Origin: Prevotellaceae bacterium
GTDB lineage: Bacteria; Bacteroidota; Bacteroidia; Bacteroidales; UBA932
Direction of reading: 5' to 3'
DNA length: 24,006 bases
Assembly: GCA_031275145.1 (NCBI GenBank)
Contig: JAISPE010000293.1
Coordinates: 1 to 24,006, forward strand
A program made the translations under genes and the position numbers. Below are positions 8,879 through 18,376 of the stretch, in pieces. Under the pieces are notes generated by a model that was not told where the DNA came from, ran no database searches, and was given only the letters and a program-made list of their open reading frames with translations. Every line of letters begins with the position of its first letter. Positions within the stretch are counted from its first letter, which is position 1.

Positions 8879-8904
8879 ATATATATCCTGCTTTACATTT
8901 TATT

Positions 8905-11900
8905 TTAATTTGACAGTGATACGCTTAATCCGAATCCGAAATAAGTTTCCGACCGTGAAATTGCCGAAACCCAGGGCATGTTAACATCGTAGTTGTAGAA
9001 TCCTCTCAGTATGATTCCCTTGTAGAGTGTATAATCGGCGGACACTCTCAGTGATGTTTTCCTGTTTCCGGCAGAGAGTTGAGTTACCTGTTCCGTTTCT
9101 TCGAGGCTGCGGATAAATGTCCGGTCGTTACCGTAACTGAATCCGGCTGTAAGTTTCAGATCCGTATCTACCTTTTTCTGACGGTCTTCTCCGAACTTGA
9201 AAATCAGGGGAACTTTTTTGAAGAAATATGATACGTCGGCCCGGTAAACGAGGTTTGTCATTTCAAGTACCTGATAATTGGCCAGACTCAGTCCCAGTGT
9301 TCTGTCTTTGACGATGCTGAAGACTGTAGTCAAGTCATTTTGCCATGTGAGATTTAGCTTAAACAGGGGATTGAAAGATTCCCGGATACTGATGTTCAGT
9401 ATATTATTCCGGGGGATATAGTCGCCGAGCTGATTTTGCACCCAGCTGTACCCGTAATGGTCCGGAGCAAACTCATCGTTCCAGTTGTATGCATTGACAG
9501 AGTATATCGAGCTGTATGCGTGTTCGATACTTCCGCTTCGGAAGAACTGTTTGAACAGTTCCGAGCGCGAAAATCCAGAATATCTTATTGTCCAGTTGGG
9601 CAGGGGGATATTCCAGAAATTGCCCAGCGACACCTTTGATGACGACCGTCCGGTATATGCCGCTCTAAACGCCGGTATCAGAGCCTCCTGCGACAGTTTG
9701 CCGTATCCCGTCGGAAATTCTCCGCCGCCGGGATTGTAATTTCCGCCCGAACGGCTCTGTCTTTCGCGGGCAATTCTCCACGCAATATCTTTCCTGTAAC
9801 TGTCGAAACGGTCAAAAGCGTCTGACTGATAATTTTTTGCTATTCTGTATTTCTGGAATGCCGTTTTCAGAGTTATCACCGAAATGCTGAAACTTCCTAT
9901 CGCCTGAGTAATTCCCGTTCCGGAAGCTATATCATAAGTTGTCAGGTCTCTACGCTCATTGCGCATACCGGTCAGAGTTATCTGCAAATCCTTTATCGGC
10001 TCAAGAGTCAGGCGTACATTCAGGTCGGTTGATTTCTGCATCACGTAAGGATTAATCATCGTCGAATCATTTGTTAGCCAGCCATGTGATTTTGCCCTCA
10101 ACAGAAAATCGGTCGCCTGTCCTCCCATGACAAACTGAAGACCGGGAGCAAGATTGTTCCCCAGATTGTTCAGTCCCACGAACTTGGGCATACCCATAAA
10201 TCCGGGCAAAATCGACTGTTCGGTCTGATTATACTGTATCGAACCTGAACGCACCATCATCAGCATGCGTGTCAGCAATTTAACCGAATATGCGCCGGCG
10301 CTCTCCTGTTTCGGAACTTTGCCTTTTACAAGGATTTTCACCCTCGCATCCGAAGCAACCTGCACGGATACTCTGTTTTTGTCTAATGTTTCGGATGTTG
10401 CCTTTACTGCCGTACCGTTTTCATTTACAACGGATATGGTTACATCTTCAGTTCCAAGTCCGTGATTTACGGTACGCCTGTTACCGGCTTTAATATTGTA
10501 TACCCTTGACTCGAAAGTCTTTTCGACCATTTCGGGTTTCTTTTTGCCGTCAAACTCGTCATTGACAGACTGTAAAAACTTGGATTTGTTATACAGTCTT
10601 TTGAAGTCGGCGTCAAGATTGCCGGATATTGTTCGTCCGTTGGCTATTGTGTTCCCCGGCTCATAGATATATCCGTAATCGTTCCGGTCCAGAACAGGCG
10701 CTGCAACCCAGTTAAATGTGCCTCTGTAACTTGCCGTACCCGAAATCCAGTCCGTAAGTTTAAGTTTGCTGAACGGCACTTGCCACGACAGTCCGAAAGA
10801 GTGTCCGAAATCGACTGTTCTGCCGAAATTTTTGATATTTGACCATACCGAATCTTTCCAGCGGCTGTATCCTGTCGGGTCTAACACTTTGTTTACCATA
10901 CCTTCGGGCTCGTCTATTCTTGCGACGTTCGAGGCCGAATATGTAAATGTAAGGCTGCGTGCCAGATTCCATGTGAGGTTATAGTTGCGAGTCCATCTGA
11001 AATCTTTGGAATAGTACGAGGGCAATTTTGCCTCCGGATATGCGATATTCCTGTTTTGCCGCTCGTTATACATCCTGTACAGGTCGGTAGAAAATGTAAA
11101 CTGATTCGGGACAAGATTAAAGTTAAAATCGCGTATCAGCGCAAACCATGGCGAACTCAGGAACGGTATTTTCTTAAACGGTTCGATATAAAGGGGAGAG
11201 ATACTGTATCCGTAAGTCAGGCCGCCGCGATATTCCTTATACAGATACCGTTCGATGTTTACGTTATGCTGAAACGTTTCGTTGTATGCAAAATTCATGC
11301 TCAGATTGGAAATATTCACTATACCGCCCTGCCTCATTCCGCTTGGCGCTATGCGCATATTGCTTACATTTAACGATTTGGTTTGAGTATAATCCTGCGC
11401 AAGCATCCTCAGCGAATCCCGTTGCGCTTTTGTACGGAGAGCCTTCATTGCGTCGCGGTATGTCATATCCGGAGAGAGGGGGTCGTACATCGGATTGGCA
11501 AAACGTTCCGAAAATCCGAAGAATACGGGAAGGCTCAGTCCGATTTTCTGTGAAAAGAAACGCCCGAGTTCCAGACTCGACAGAATGTCGTACCGGTAAA
11601 CATCTTCCTGACTGCGTTCCTGCTGCGTCTGTTCCAGACCTCCGAAACCTGTCGTCATAAAATTGCCCGATATGGAAACGTTTCCGAAATCGGCTAAACG
11701 GATACCCAGATTTGCCGTACCTGCCCAGCCGCCCTTATTTTCGAAATCGGAAAGCCGCAACTCGTTAATCCATATCGCTCCCGACTTGGGAACACCCATA
11801 TCGCTCACCGTTTCCTTCTTTATCGGGTTACGTACTCCGACCATCATTGTCTTTACCTTTCCCAGATTCGGATTTCCCTTTACACGAATGATATGGCTGC

Positions 11901-14900
11901 CTCTAATCTCTTCGTACATAACGTTCACCGACCCGCCGTTGGCATTGCGGAACGCTTTTAATTCGGTGAAATCGGTGAGATTTATATCCAGCATGTTTTC
12001 TTCGGGCCAGACGATATATCTTTGATTGTCGAGATAAAATCCGTGCGCCGTCAGTTTCAGCGGTATTTCATATTCGTAATAATTGTTCTGCAAATCGCTG
12101 CCTATACGCACAAACAGCGACAAGTCATCATTTTGCAGATTCATGTCGGTAACAAGAGCTTCGGCGTGTACGTCCATCTGCAGTCTCCGGTATTGCCGGA
12201 AATCATACGTAATTGTCTTGTAAACAGCTCTTGCATCACCGTCGGGTAAATTTTTCACGACTAACTGCAAAGCCTGTTCGTTAAGCTCTCTTTCCTGTAT
12301 GGTATTAACGTCGATAACTCTGTCGGTATTAGGCGGCAGGACATAGTTTACGGGGATTCTCTGCGAACTTTCTTCGATGTTTACAACCGAAACCTCGAAT
12401 GCCGAACTGCCTGTTTCCGGTTGAGTCAGCCCTTCCTGTCCCTGTAAAAGCGAGTAGTTGAACTTTCTCCATTCGCTGCGGACAAGCTCGAGCGAGGCAA
12501 AACGCATCACCGTGGTATCTTCAAAATTCCGCATGAACATACGCATGAATCTCACAGATTTAAAGTCGCTTATCGGGCCTATTACTTTCTGATAGTCGCT
12601 GAGGGGAATCCTGAACTGATACCAGCGGGTCGTATGTTTGCCGGAATTGGGAAAAACGGTATCTTTCACAAAGATATCCGATATGAAATTCTCTCCGATT
12701 TTCATGTCCGGATGCATACGTATATAATATTGGAAATAACTCTCGTTTTCTTCCATAGTATTGTCTCTGTTAATATCTTCCATATCGGGATTTACCGTAT
12801 AGACCTGACTTTCGCTTCCCAGATCGGAGTTCGAGGAGTTGCCTTCGGGATTGTTGAAATCCTTGTAGCGGTCCATGATTGTGGCGCGTCTCTGGTCGTG
12901 TACCGGGTCGCGATAATAAACGAAATCGTCGCTCGAAGGGTCGTGCAGAAGTTTATCGCGTGCAGCCTGACTGGAAATCACGCCCTGTATGTTCCGGATA
13001 AAATCGCCGAAGAAGAGAGTTTCGAGTTCGCTGTTCATCCCGTCAAGACCGATGTCCTTTACAGTGCGGGAGTTGCCGTCGCTGTCGAAAGTATTGACCA
13101 GCGCCGAATTTTTAGGAACATATCCCCATTCGGTACGTACCATCGCGGTCGTGTCGTACGGGAAAGGAATACCCTGTTCGTGAGCTTTATAACCGTCACG
13201 CAAAACGTCTTCCGAGACTGTGCCGAGGTTGATGTAGAAATCGCCGCCTTTGGAACTGGAATTGTACGTAAACGGGTCCATCAGCCAAAACTCAATGTAA
13301 TCGTAATTTGCGGATTCCAGATCTGTTATGGACAATGATCTCATTATTCCCGCCCAGCGTTTACGCGGCTCGCGCAGAAACCCGTTATTGTCAATGTTTA
13401 CATAATCATAGTTATACGGGCCTCTTTCGTTGGGATAGTAATTGAGATTCAGTGTCGGCAGCTCATAAGGCGTACCTTCGGGCAATTGCCTGTTGGGATA
13501 AATATCCCGCACAGGAATGTTGCAAACCCAGAAATTCTCCTGATACCTTGCCGGATCCTGTACATAGTATCCGGGTGTAGACGAGGAATTTCGCAACAGT
13601 TCGGCATCGGTGTAATACCATGCAAGTTTTGCCCTGTTGAAACCCGCGCCCGGGTCGTTATGTCTTGATCCTTCGGGGAATATATCATCCTGCCCCTGTG
13701 GAACGCTTGCAAGAGTCCATGCCATATAATGCCTCAGATCCAGAGAGTTTTTAGAACTTTCGAAATCGTCGACAAACAGTTTTCCCTTAATGCCTCTCGG
13801 CTGCCCCGCAATAAGGTTGGCCACTTCGGCTCTGAAACTTATAGACGACTTGGCGCTTGTGTTTACAAACGGAAGGCTGTTGATCAGATTTGTCAAAAAT
13901 TTGGATTCCGCATTGTAAGCCGTATGCAGTCCCCATATTGCATTCGACACAGGCTCTTCGCCATAAGCAATTTTCTGTGTCATCGGCTTTTCGTTCAGAT
14001 ACAGCATAGTGCCTCCAATCAGGAAATTATCGTTGAACCGGTATTCCGTATTGACGCCTAACATGGTTTTTGTCTGCATGTTATAGGTTTCCCTGCCTTC
14101 CAGCTTTATGCTTATGGGAATATTTGAATTAAGGTATCCCGGATTGATGATTGTAACTCTTCCCAGCAGATAATTTACCTGATAATCGATGCCTTCGAGC
14201 AGAGTAGCTCCTCCGGCGGTAACAACTACAGAACCTGCGGCAACATTGGTCGCCTGAAGATCAATCTCGCCCTGCGACGAGGCTTCGTAAAAACCCCGGA
14301 TATAGAATTTATTTTTCTCGGCAAGCTCTTTGGCTTTTATTAAAGTAGAATCATACAGTTCTTTATATACATATTTCGAGGCGGCAGGATCTCCATTGAA
14401 GCGGGACTCCAGCGAACGCCCGAACGGCTCAAGTACGGGAAATATTATCAGGCTTTTAGCCTCATTGATCGTTATTCCCTGCAGATAATCGAATACCCCG
14501 TCGGGATATGCGTCGCCGTTAAGGTTTACTTTGTCGAAGCCCAATACGCTTATTAACGGCTGTTTATCTATCGGCCCTTCGGAGATATACGGCACAGAAG
14601 TTCCCAGCTGACTGTCTTCGTAAAATATATTCAGTTCAAAATTGCTGGCATTCAGTCCGTATGCATTCAAAGCGTATATGTTTTTCATCATCAGTCTCCA
14701 TGTCGGCAGACGGGGAGTAAGTATCGTTCCTTTTATCAGTTTGAGAATAAGCGTACTGTCAGAGCCTGTCGTTCCCGAAGTCGAAATTTCACCGACCTTG
14801 AAAGTCCGGCCGTTTAGCGTATATTCGTAAGCCACAGCCAAAACCTCGTCTTCCTTGAGCGGCATGCTGAGGGATATATATCCGAGTTGCGAGTTTAGAA

Positions 14901-16170
14901 TAAATTCGTCGGAATTGAGTTTCCGCGCGCGCTCAAGTTTTTCGTAATCCTTGCCCGAAGTGAAATTCCGTGCCGACAGGGGTTGCAGAGCCATCGCAAT
15001 CTGCGAAAAATTCCGCAGACTGTATGTGCCTGTCATTGACTGATACAGCCCGTTTGACAGGTTCGAGGGATACTGCTGTCCCGTGGCGGCAAACTCCGGG
15101 ATACTGTTGTGAATATTATCGCGGTTTGGCTCGGCCAAATCCATAAATGCTATAATATTGCGCTGATTGTTGTTGGTCATTGTGATAGAACTGGTTCGAT
15201 TTGTGACCCAGACTTCTATTTTTGTGATATTGACACCCGAAGTAATCAGCGGTCTTTGCGAAAGCGCGCGTTCGTAATTGTCTTTGAAATAGTGCGAAAG
15301 GAAAAAGTGCTGATTGGCCCGGTATTCGTCGGCGGCGATTTCAAATTCTCTCGACTGAGCGCCTCCGTTGACGTTAATGGTTTTTGACTGACCTCTTTGC
15401 TGGGATGCAAGCAAAGTCATGTACAGTTTTCCTATTTTCAGGTCGGCACGGCCGCCGAACAAACTCATGCTTCCGGAAATAAGCGAGTTACTCACAGGCA
15501 TACTTATGTTTCCGAGTTCCAGATTTTGAAGGATATCGTCTTCGTCGCTTTTATAGCCGATGTTGAGGTTTGTCTCAAAATCGAAAGTGGAATTGGGGTC
15601 GAAGGTGAAATTCAGTTTTATCCGTTTGCCGATACTTCCTGTGAGGTTTAACTGGTAATTTGCCTCGAAATTCGGCGAAACGGTTGTTCTGTAAGGAGGA
15701 GGAGTAAGCGGATTGTTTATTCTGGTTGATCTGACGCCCAGCCTGACGTCTACCCTCCCGTTGAAATTGACTGAGATATCGTTTCCTCCGAAAACTTTTT
15801 CGAAAGCCTTGTTATTCACGCTTCTCCTGAACGAAGGCAAAATTCCTTCCCGGCCGCCTGCCGTTCCTGCGCTCTCTTCTCTCCTCTTAATCCACGCATT
15901 GCTCATGGCTTTGACTATGGTCTCCTTATCGTATTCTTCCTTTGAAAGAATTTTAAACGGTATTCCCATTTTTTCTTCTCCTTTTTTATAATAGAGATAC
16001 CGGTCCGTATCGGGATCATATACAACTGTTTCTTCATCGTCAAGCTGTGGAAAGGGCAGGTATGCAGCGCTGTCGGAAGTCCGGTTTTGAGCCGTAACCG
16101 CACAGCACATAACCGCAAATGCCATGATCAGGAAAAATCGTGATAACTGTCTGATATTTCGTTTAAACAT
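8905..16170 (-). CDS. sprA: Cell surface protein SprA/Sov, type IX secretion system outer-membrane translocon
   Basis: 2421 aa with a signal peptide. SprA-like motifs NITKIEVWVTNR, GYISL, YIDDFE-like FVDDFESS, RWAGIMRSL, WYQFRIPL, VRFMRMFM and WINELRL, and a beta-strand C-terminus. It lies directly downstream of ruvA, a known Bacteroidota arrangement. Confidence 0.95.
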   Translation of the reverse strand: MFKRNIRQLSRFFLIMAFAVMCCAVTAQNRTSDSAAYLPFPQLDDEETVVYDPDTDRYLYYKKGEEKMGIPFKILSKEEYDKETIVKAMSNAWIKRREESAGTAGGREGILPSFRRSVNNKAFEKVFGGNDISVNFNGRVDVRLGVRSTRINNPLTPPPYRTTVSPNFEANYQLNLTGSIGKRIKLNFTFDPNSTFDFETNLNIGYKSDEDDILQNLELGNISMPVSNSLISGSMSLFGGRADLKIGKLYMTLLASQQRGQSKTINVNGGAQSREFEIAADEYRANQHFFLSHYFKDNYERALSQRPLITSGVNITKIEVWVTNRTSSITMTNNNQRNIIAFMDLAEPNRDNIHNSIPEFAATGQQYPSNLSNGLYQSMTGTYSLRNFSQIAMALQPLSARNFTSGKDYEKLERARKLNSDEFILNSQLGYISLSMPLKEDEVLAVAYEYTLNGRTFKVGEISTSGTTGSDSTLILKLIKGTILTPRLPTWRLMMKNIYALNAYGLNASNFELNIFYEDSQLGTSVPYISEGPIDKQPLISVLGFDKVNLNGDAYPDGVFDYLQGITINEAKSLIIFPVLEPFGRSLESRFNGDPAASKYVYKELYDSTLIKAKELAEKNKFYIRGFYEASSQGEIDLQATNVAAGSVVVTAGGATLLEGIDYQVNYLLGRVTIINPGYLNSNIPISIKLEGRETYNMQTKTMLGVNTEYRFNDNFLIGGTMLYLNEKPMTQKIAYGEEPVSNAIWGLHTAYNAESKFLTNLINSLPFVNTSAKSSISFRAEVANLIAGQPRGIKGKLFVDDFESSKNSLDLRHYMAWTLASVPQGQDDIFPEGSRHNDPGAGFNRAKLAWYYTDAELLRNSSSTPGYYVQDPARYQENFWVCNIPVRDIYPNRQLPEGTPYELPTLNLNYYPNERGPYNYDYVNIDNNGFLREPRKRWAGIMRSLSITDLESANYDYIEFWLMDPFTYNSSSKGGDFYINLGTVSEDVLRDGYKAHEQGIPFPYDTTAMVRTEWGYVPKNSALVNTFDSDGNSRTVKDIGLDGMNSELETLFFGDFIRNIQGVISSQAARDKLLHDPSSDDFVYYRDPVHDQRRATIMDRYKDFNNPEGNSSNSDLGSESQVYTVNPDMEDINRDNTMEENESYFQYYIRMHPDMKIGENFISDIFVKDTVFPNSGKHTTRWYQFRIPLSDYQKVIGPISDFKSVRFMRMFMRNFEDTTVMRFASLELVRSEWRKFNYSLLQGQEGLTQPETGSSAFEVSVVNIEESSQRIPVNYVLPPNTDRVIDVNTIQERELNEQALQLVVKNLPDGDARAVYKTITYDFRQYRRLQMDVHAEALVTDMNLQNDDLSLFVRIGSDLQNNYYEYEIPLKLTAHGFYLDNQRYIVWPEENMLDINLTDFTELKAFRNANGGSVNVMYEEIRGSHIIRVKGNPNLGKVKTMMVGVRNPIKKETVSDMGVPKSGAIWINELRLSDFENKGGWAGTANLGIRLADFGNVSISGNFMTTGFGGLEQTQQERSQEDVYRYDILSSLELGRFFSQKIGLSLPVFFGFSERFANPMYDPLSPDMTYRDAMKALRTKAQRDSLRMLAQDYTQTKSLNVSNMRIAPSGMRQGGIVNISNLSMNFAYNETFQHNVNIERYLYKEYRGGLTYGYSISPLYIEPFKKIPFLSSPWFALIRDFNFNLVPNQFTFSTDLYRMYNERQNRNIAYPEAKLPSYYSKDFRWTRNYNLTWNLARSLTFTYSASNVARIDEPEGMVNKVLDPTGYSRWKDSVWSNIKNFGRTVDFGHSFGLSWQVPFSKLKLTDWISGTASYRGTFNWVAAPVLDRNDYGYIYEPGNTIANGRTISGNLDADFKRLYNKSKFLQSVNDEFDGKKKPEMVEKTFESRVYNIKAGNRRTVNHGLGTEDVTISVVNENGTAVKATSETLDKNRVSVQVASDARVKILVKGKVPKQESAGAYSVKLLTRMLMMVRSGSIQYNQTEQSILPGFMGMPKFVGLNNLGNNLAPGLQFVMGGQATDFLLRAKSHGWLTNDSTMINPYVMQKSTDLNVRLTLEPIKDLQITLTGMRNERRDLTTYDIASGTGITQAIGSFSISVITLKTAFQKYRIAKNYQSDAFDRFDSYRKDIAWRIARERQSRSGGNYNPGGGEFPTGYGKLSQEALIPAFRAAYTGRSSSKVSLGNFWNIPLPNWTIRYSGFSRSELFKQFFRSGSIEHAYSSIYSVNAYNWNDEFAPDHYGYSWVQNQLGDYIPRNNILNISIRESFNPLFKLNLTWQNDLTTVFSIVKDRTLGLSLANYQVLEMTNLVYRADVSYFFKKVPLIFKFGEDRQKKVDTDLKLTAGFSYGNDRTFIRSLEETEQVTQLSAGNRKTSLRVSADYTLYKGIILRGFYNYDVNMPWVSAISRSETYFGFGLSVSLSN

Positions 16171-16187
16171 ACAATTAATGTTAATTT

Positions 16188-16775
16188 TTACATCTGCTTG
16201 AAAGCGGCTTTAATCAATTCCTGAACAGTATAGTTTTTCTTCTCTTCCAGCAATTTATCCAGTACTTTCTCGGCGGGGGCTTTTGCATAACCCAGTGCAA
16301 TGAGCGCCAGCATGGCTTCTTCTTTCTGTTTGTTGAATGTCGCCTGTTTTGAAAACAAATCGACGCTTGCTCCCGATGTGGTAATCTTGTCTTTTAAATC
16401 CACAATTATCCTTTGAGCGGTTTTAAGTCCTATCCCCTTAACACTTTTCAATGTATTGATGTCTTCTTTAAGTATCGCCGTCCTGATTTCTTCAGACGAA
16501 AGCGACGAAAGCATTATCAGCGCCGTATTGGGTCCTACTCCGTTTACATTGATGAGTAACCGGAAAATGTGCCGCTCGTCTTCGTCATAAAAACCGTACA
16601 GCAAATTCGCATCTTCCCGGACAATCTGATGGACATTCAATTTAACCCTCGTGGCATCTGCAAGTTTCGAATATGTCTGAAGCGATATAATTATTTTATA
16701 CCCAACTCCCTGTACATCCAAAACCGCATAAGTCGGCGTCATCAAAACCAATTCTCCATTTATATACTCGTACAT
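16188..16775 (-). CDS. ruvA: Holliday junction branch migration protein RuvA
   Basis: 195 aa. MYEYING, VQGVGY, VREDANLLYGF, LINVNGVGP, HhH motif VKGIGLKTAQRIIVDLKDK and the C-terminal ALIALGY domain. Confidence 0.97.
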   Translation of the reverse strand: MYEYINGELVLMTPTYAVLDVQGVGYKIIISLQTYSKLADATRVKLNVHQIVREDANLLYGFYDEDERHIFRLLINVNGVGPNTALIMLSSLSSEEIRTAILKEDINTLKSVKGIGLKTAQRIIVDLKDKITTSGASVDLFSKQATFNKQKEEAMLALIALGYAKAPAEKVLDKLLEEKKNYTVQELIKAAFKQM

Positions 16776-16822
16776 TACTCTACACTAATTTCCTATTCAT
16801 TAAACCAAATAAACTTAACAAA

Positions 16823-16830
16823 CAAAAGTA
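16823..16830 (-). promoter_or_regulatory. Candidate -7 element (TACTTTTG on the minus strand) for the ruvA-sprA gene run
   Basis: Plus strand CAAAAGTA equals TAnnTTTG on the minus strand, 47 bp upstream of the ruvA ATG. Confidence 0.45.
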
Positions 16831-17043
16831 GTAATTTATTTGTAATGACCGGTTATTTTTTATCGTATCCGGAATTAAATACTTTGTTTATAATGCTTTG
16901 ATTCGAACGAAAATTTTAAGAAATACAGCGATTTTTTGACAGAAAATCATGTTTATTAACAAAATTTCGATTATGCTGCATTTGATAACGGGTAAAAAAG
17001 CATAATAATACGTACATTATAAAAAAACAGAAAATATATCAAA

Positions 17044-17093
17044 ATATAAATCATTAACAGTATGCCTTATATAAATCATTAACAGTATGCCTT
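17044..17093. repeat. Perfect 25-bp tandem duplication (ATATAAATCATTAACAGTATGCCTT x2)
   Basis: Copies at 17044-17068 and 17069-17093; a partial third copy ACAGTATGCC at 17130-17139. Confidence 0.95.
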
Positions 17094-17159
17094 CCGGCAG
17101 AGTAATATTCTGCATAGGCAAGATCTATGACAGTATGCCGGACATATATCCGGTCAATC

Positions 17160-17479
17160 AAAGACTCGAGTCTTTCCCGGATACGCTCATGTTTTTTAAC
17201 GAAAGACTCGAGTCTCTGACCTTTGTATCGAGTCTTTCGGGCAAAGACACGTGTCTTTCGGACAAAGTCACGTGTCTTTTGAGCAAAGTCACGTGTCTTT
17301 TGAGGAAAGTCACGTGTCTTTTGAGGAAAGACTCGAATCTTTCGGGCAAAGTCACGTGTCTTTTGAGGAAAGACTCGTGTCTTTTGAGGAAAGACTCGTA
17401 ACACGGGTCATGGACTCGAGACTTTGCTCAAAAGACACGAGTCTTTCGGGCAAAGTCACGTGTCTTTTGAGCAAAGACA
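17160..17479. repeat. Array of 16-bp (near-)palindromes, consensus AAAGWCWCGWGTCTTT, mostly separated by 5-bp linkers (21-bp period)
   Basis: Units start at 17160, 17202, 17222 (right half only), 17243, 17264, 17285, 17306, 17327, 17348, 17369, 17390 (left half), 17410, 17431, 17452 and 17473 (partial). Linkers are CGGGC, CGGAC, TGAGC, TGAGG and GCTCA. Confidence 0.95.
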
Positions 17480-17605
17480 AATGCTGTTTTGGACAGTTCA
17501 ATTTTTATAGTCTTCTGTTTTTACCTTAATTATATAAGGCGGGAAAACTTGAGATAAAAACATATTGAAACCGTATGAATTCATTGCAGAAAAGGTTGGA
17601 GACAG

Positions 17606-18376
17606 CTAACGTTTCTGTTTCGTCAACAAGCTAAGTTTCTTAAAATCAATCGTACTTTCATTAATTAATGTAATGGTATTGTCTATATATCTTCTTGGAG
17701 AACCGGATACTTTTAAATAATACTCTTTTAATTTTTTGATGATTTCAGTTCTAACAGTCGTCTCATCTTTTTCATTTGACTGTTCACTCAATTGAGGAAA
17801 CCAATTCAAATTAAAATGTGTAATATTTCCGGATTTTAAAGGACTTTTTCCTTCAAAAATTAACTGATACAGTATTGAGTAATATGAGTGGTCTTTCGTT
17901 ATATTCTGTTTAATAAACTCCTCAATTGAGTTATGGACTACAACCCCAATATAATTCACGTCTTCTTCGAGAAGATATGCATCTATAATAGGTTGTCCGA
18001 AATACAGTTGCTTCTCTTTGTCCAGACTTACATTTCCATACGCCATACCTCCTTTAATCAGAAATTTTTTTTCCAGGAACAAACTAAACAAAAATCTCGC
18101 GGAAATTAAAAAGACAATGAAACTTTCAATTTCACCATTTTGTGAGAACAAAATGATTGAATCTGAAAATTTCACGATATGAACACCAAGTAATCTCTCT
18201 ACAACCGGATCATCTCCTAAAATTTCATTCAGTGTATTTTCTTTTATCTGTATTTCAGCCAAATCAGCATATATTTTTTCGTGAGGTTCTCTCATTACTC
18301 TATCTTTGAACCCCAATATATCAAAGAGAGCCACAAATCTATTGTTTGTAATTGACGATGTATCACTGTTTTTCAT
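17606..18376 (-). CDS. Class III nucleotidyl cyclase (adenylate/guanylate cyclase)-like protein, non-canonical variant
   Basis: 256 aa. FVALFDILGFK (first metal Asp19), IVKFSDSI (second Asp72), LIKGGMAYG (RIGIHxG equivalent) and FGQPIIDAYLLEE (GxxVNxAxRLE equivalent). Confidence 0.65.
   Translation of the reverse strand: MKNSDTSSITNNRFVALFDILGFKDRVMREPHEKIYADLAEIQIKENTLNEILGDDPVVERLLGVHIVKFSDSIILFSQNGEIESFIVFLISARFLFSLFLEKKFLIKGGMAYGNVSLDKEKQLYFGQPIIDAYLLEEDVNYIGVVVHNSIEEFIKQNITKDHSYYSILYQLIFEGKSPLKSGNITHFNLNWFPQLSEQSNEKDETTVRTEIIKKLKEYYLKVSGSPRRYIDNTITLINESTIDFKKLSLLTKQKR

Noticed and set aside
9436-16118. Many short ORFs, including a 234-aa one at 12634-13338, overlapping sprA
   Set aside because: Antisense or out-of-frame shadows of a well-supported long gene.
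17160-17479. Second CRISPR array or canonical parS cluster
   Set aside because: The linkers are only 5 bp and recur, unlike CRISPR spacers. Only the CACGTG core matches parS; the TGTT/AACA flanks are absent.
17054-17529. ORFs of 116, 104, 65 and 92 aa with 7-aa repeats (TRVFPQK, KVTCLLR, SHVSFEE)
   Set aside because: They are open in several frames on both strands because the 21-bp palindromic unit lacks stop codons. These are by-products of the DNA repeat, with no coding evidence.
17602-17611. GTTAGCTGT/ACAGCTAAC at the cyclase-like stop as an integron attC-like core site
   Set aside because: No matching partner core site or attC stem found nearby, and no integrase in the window.
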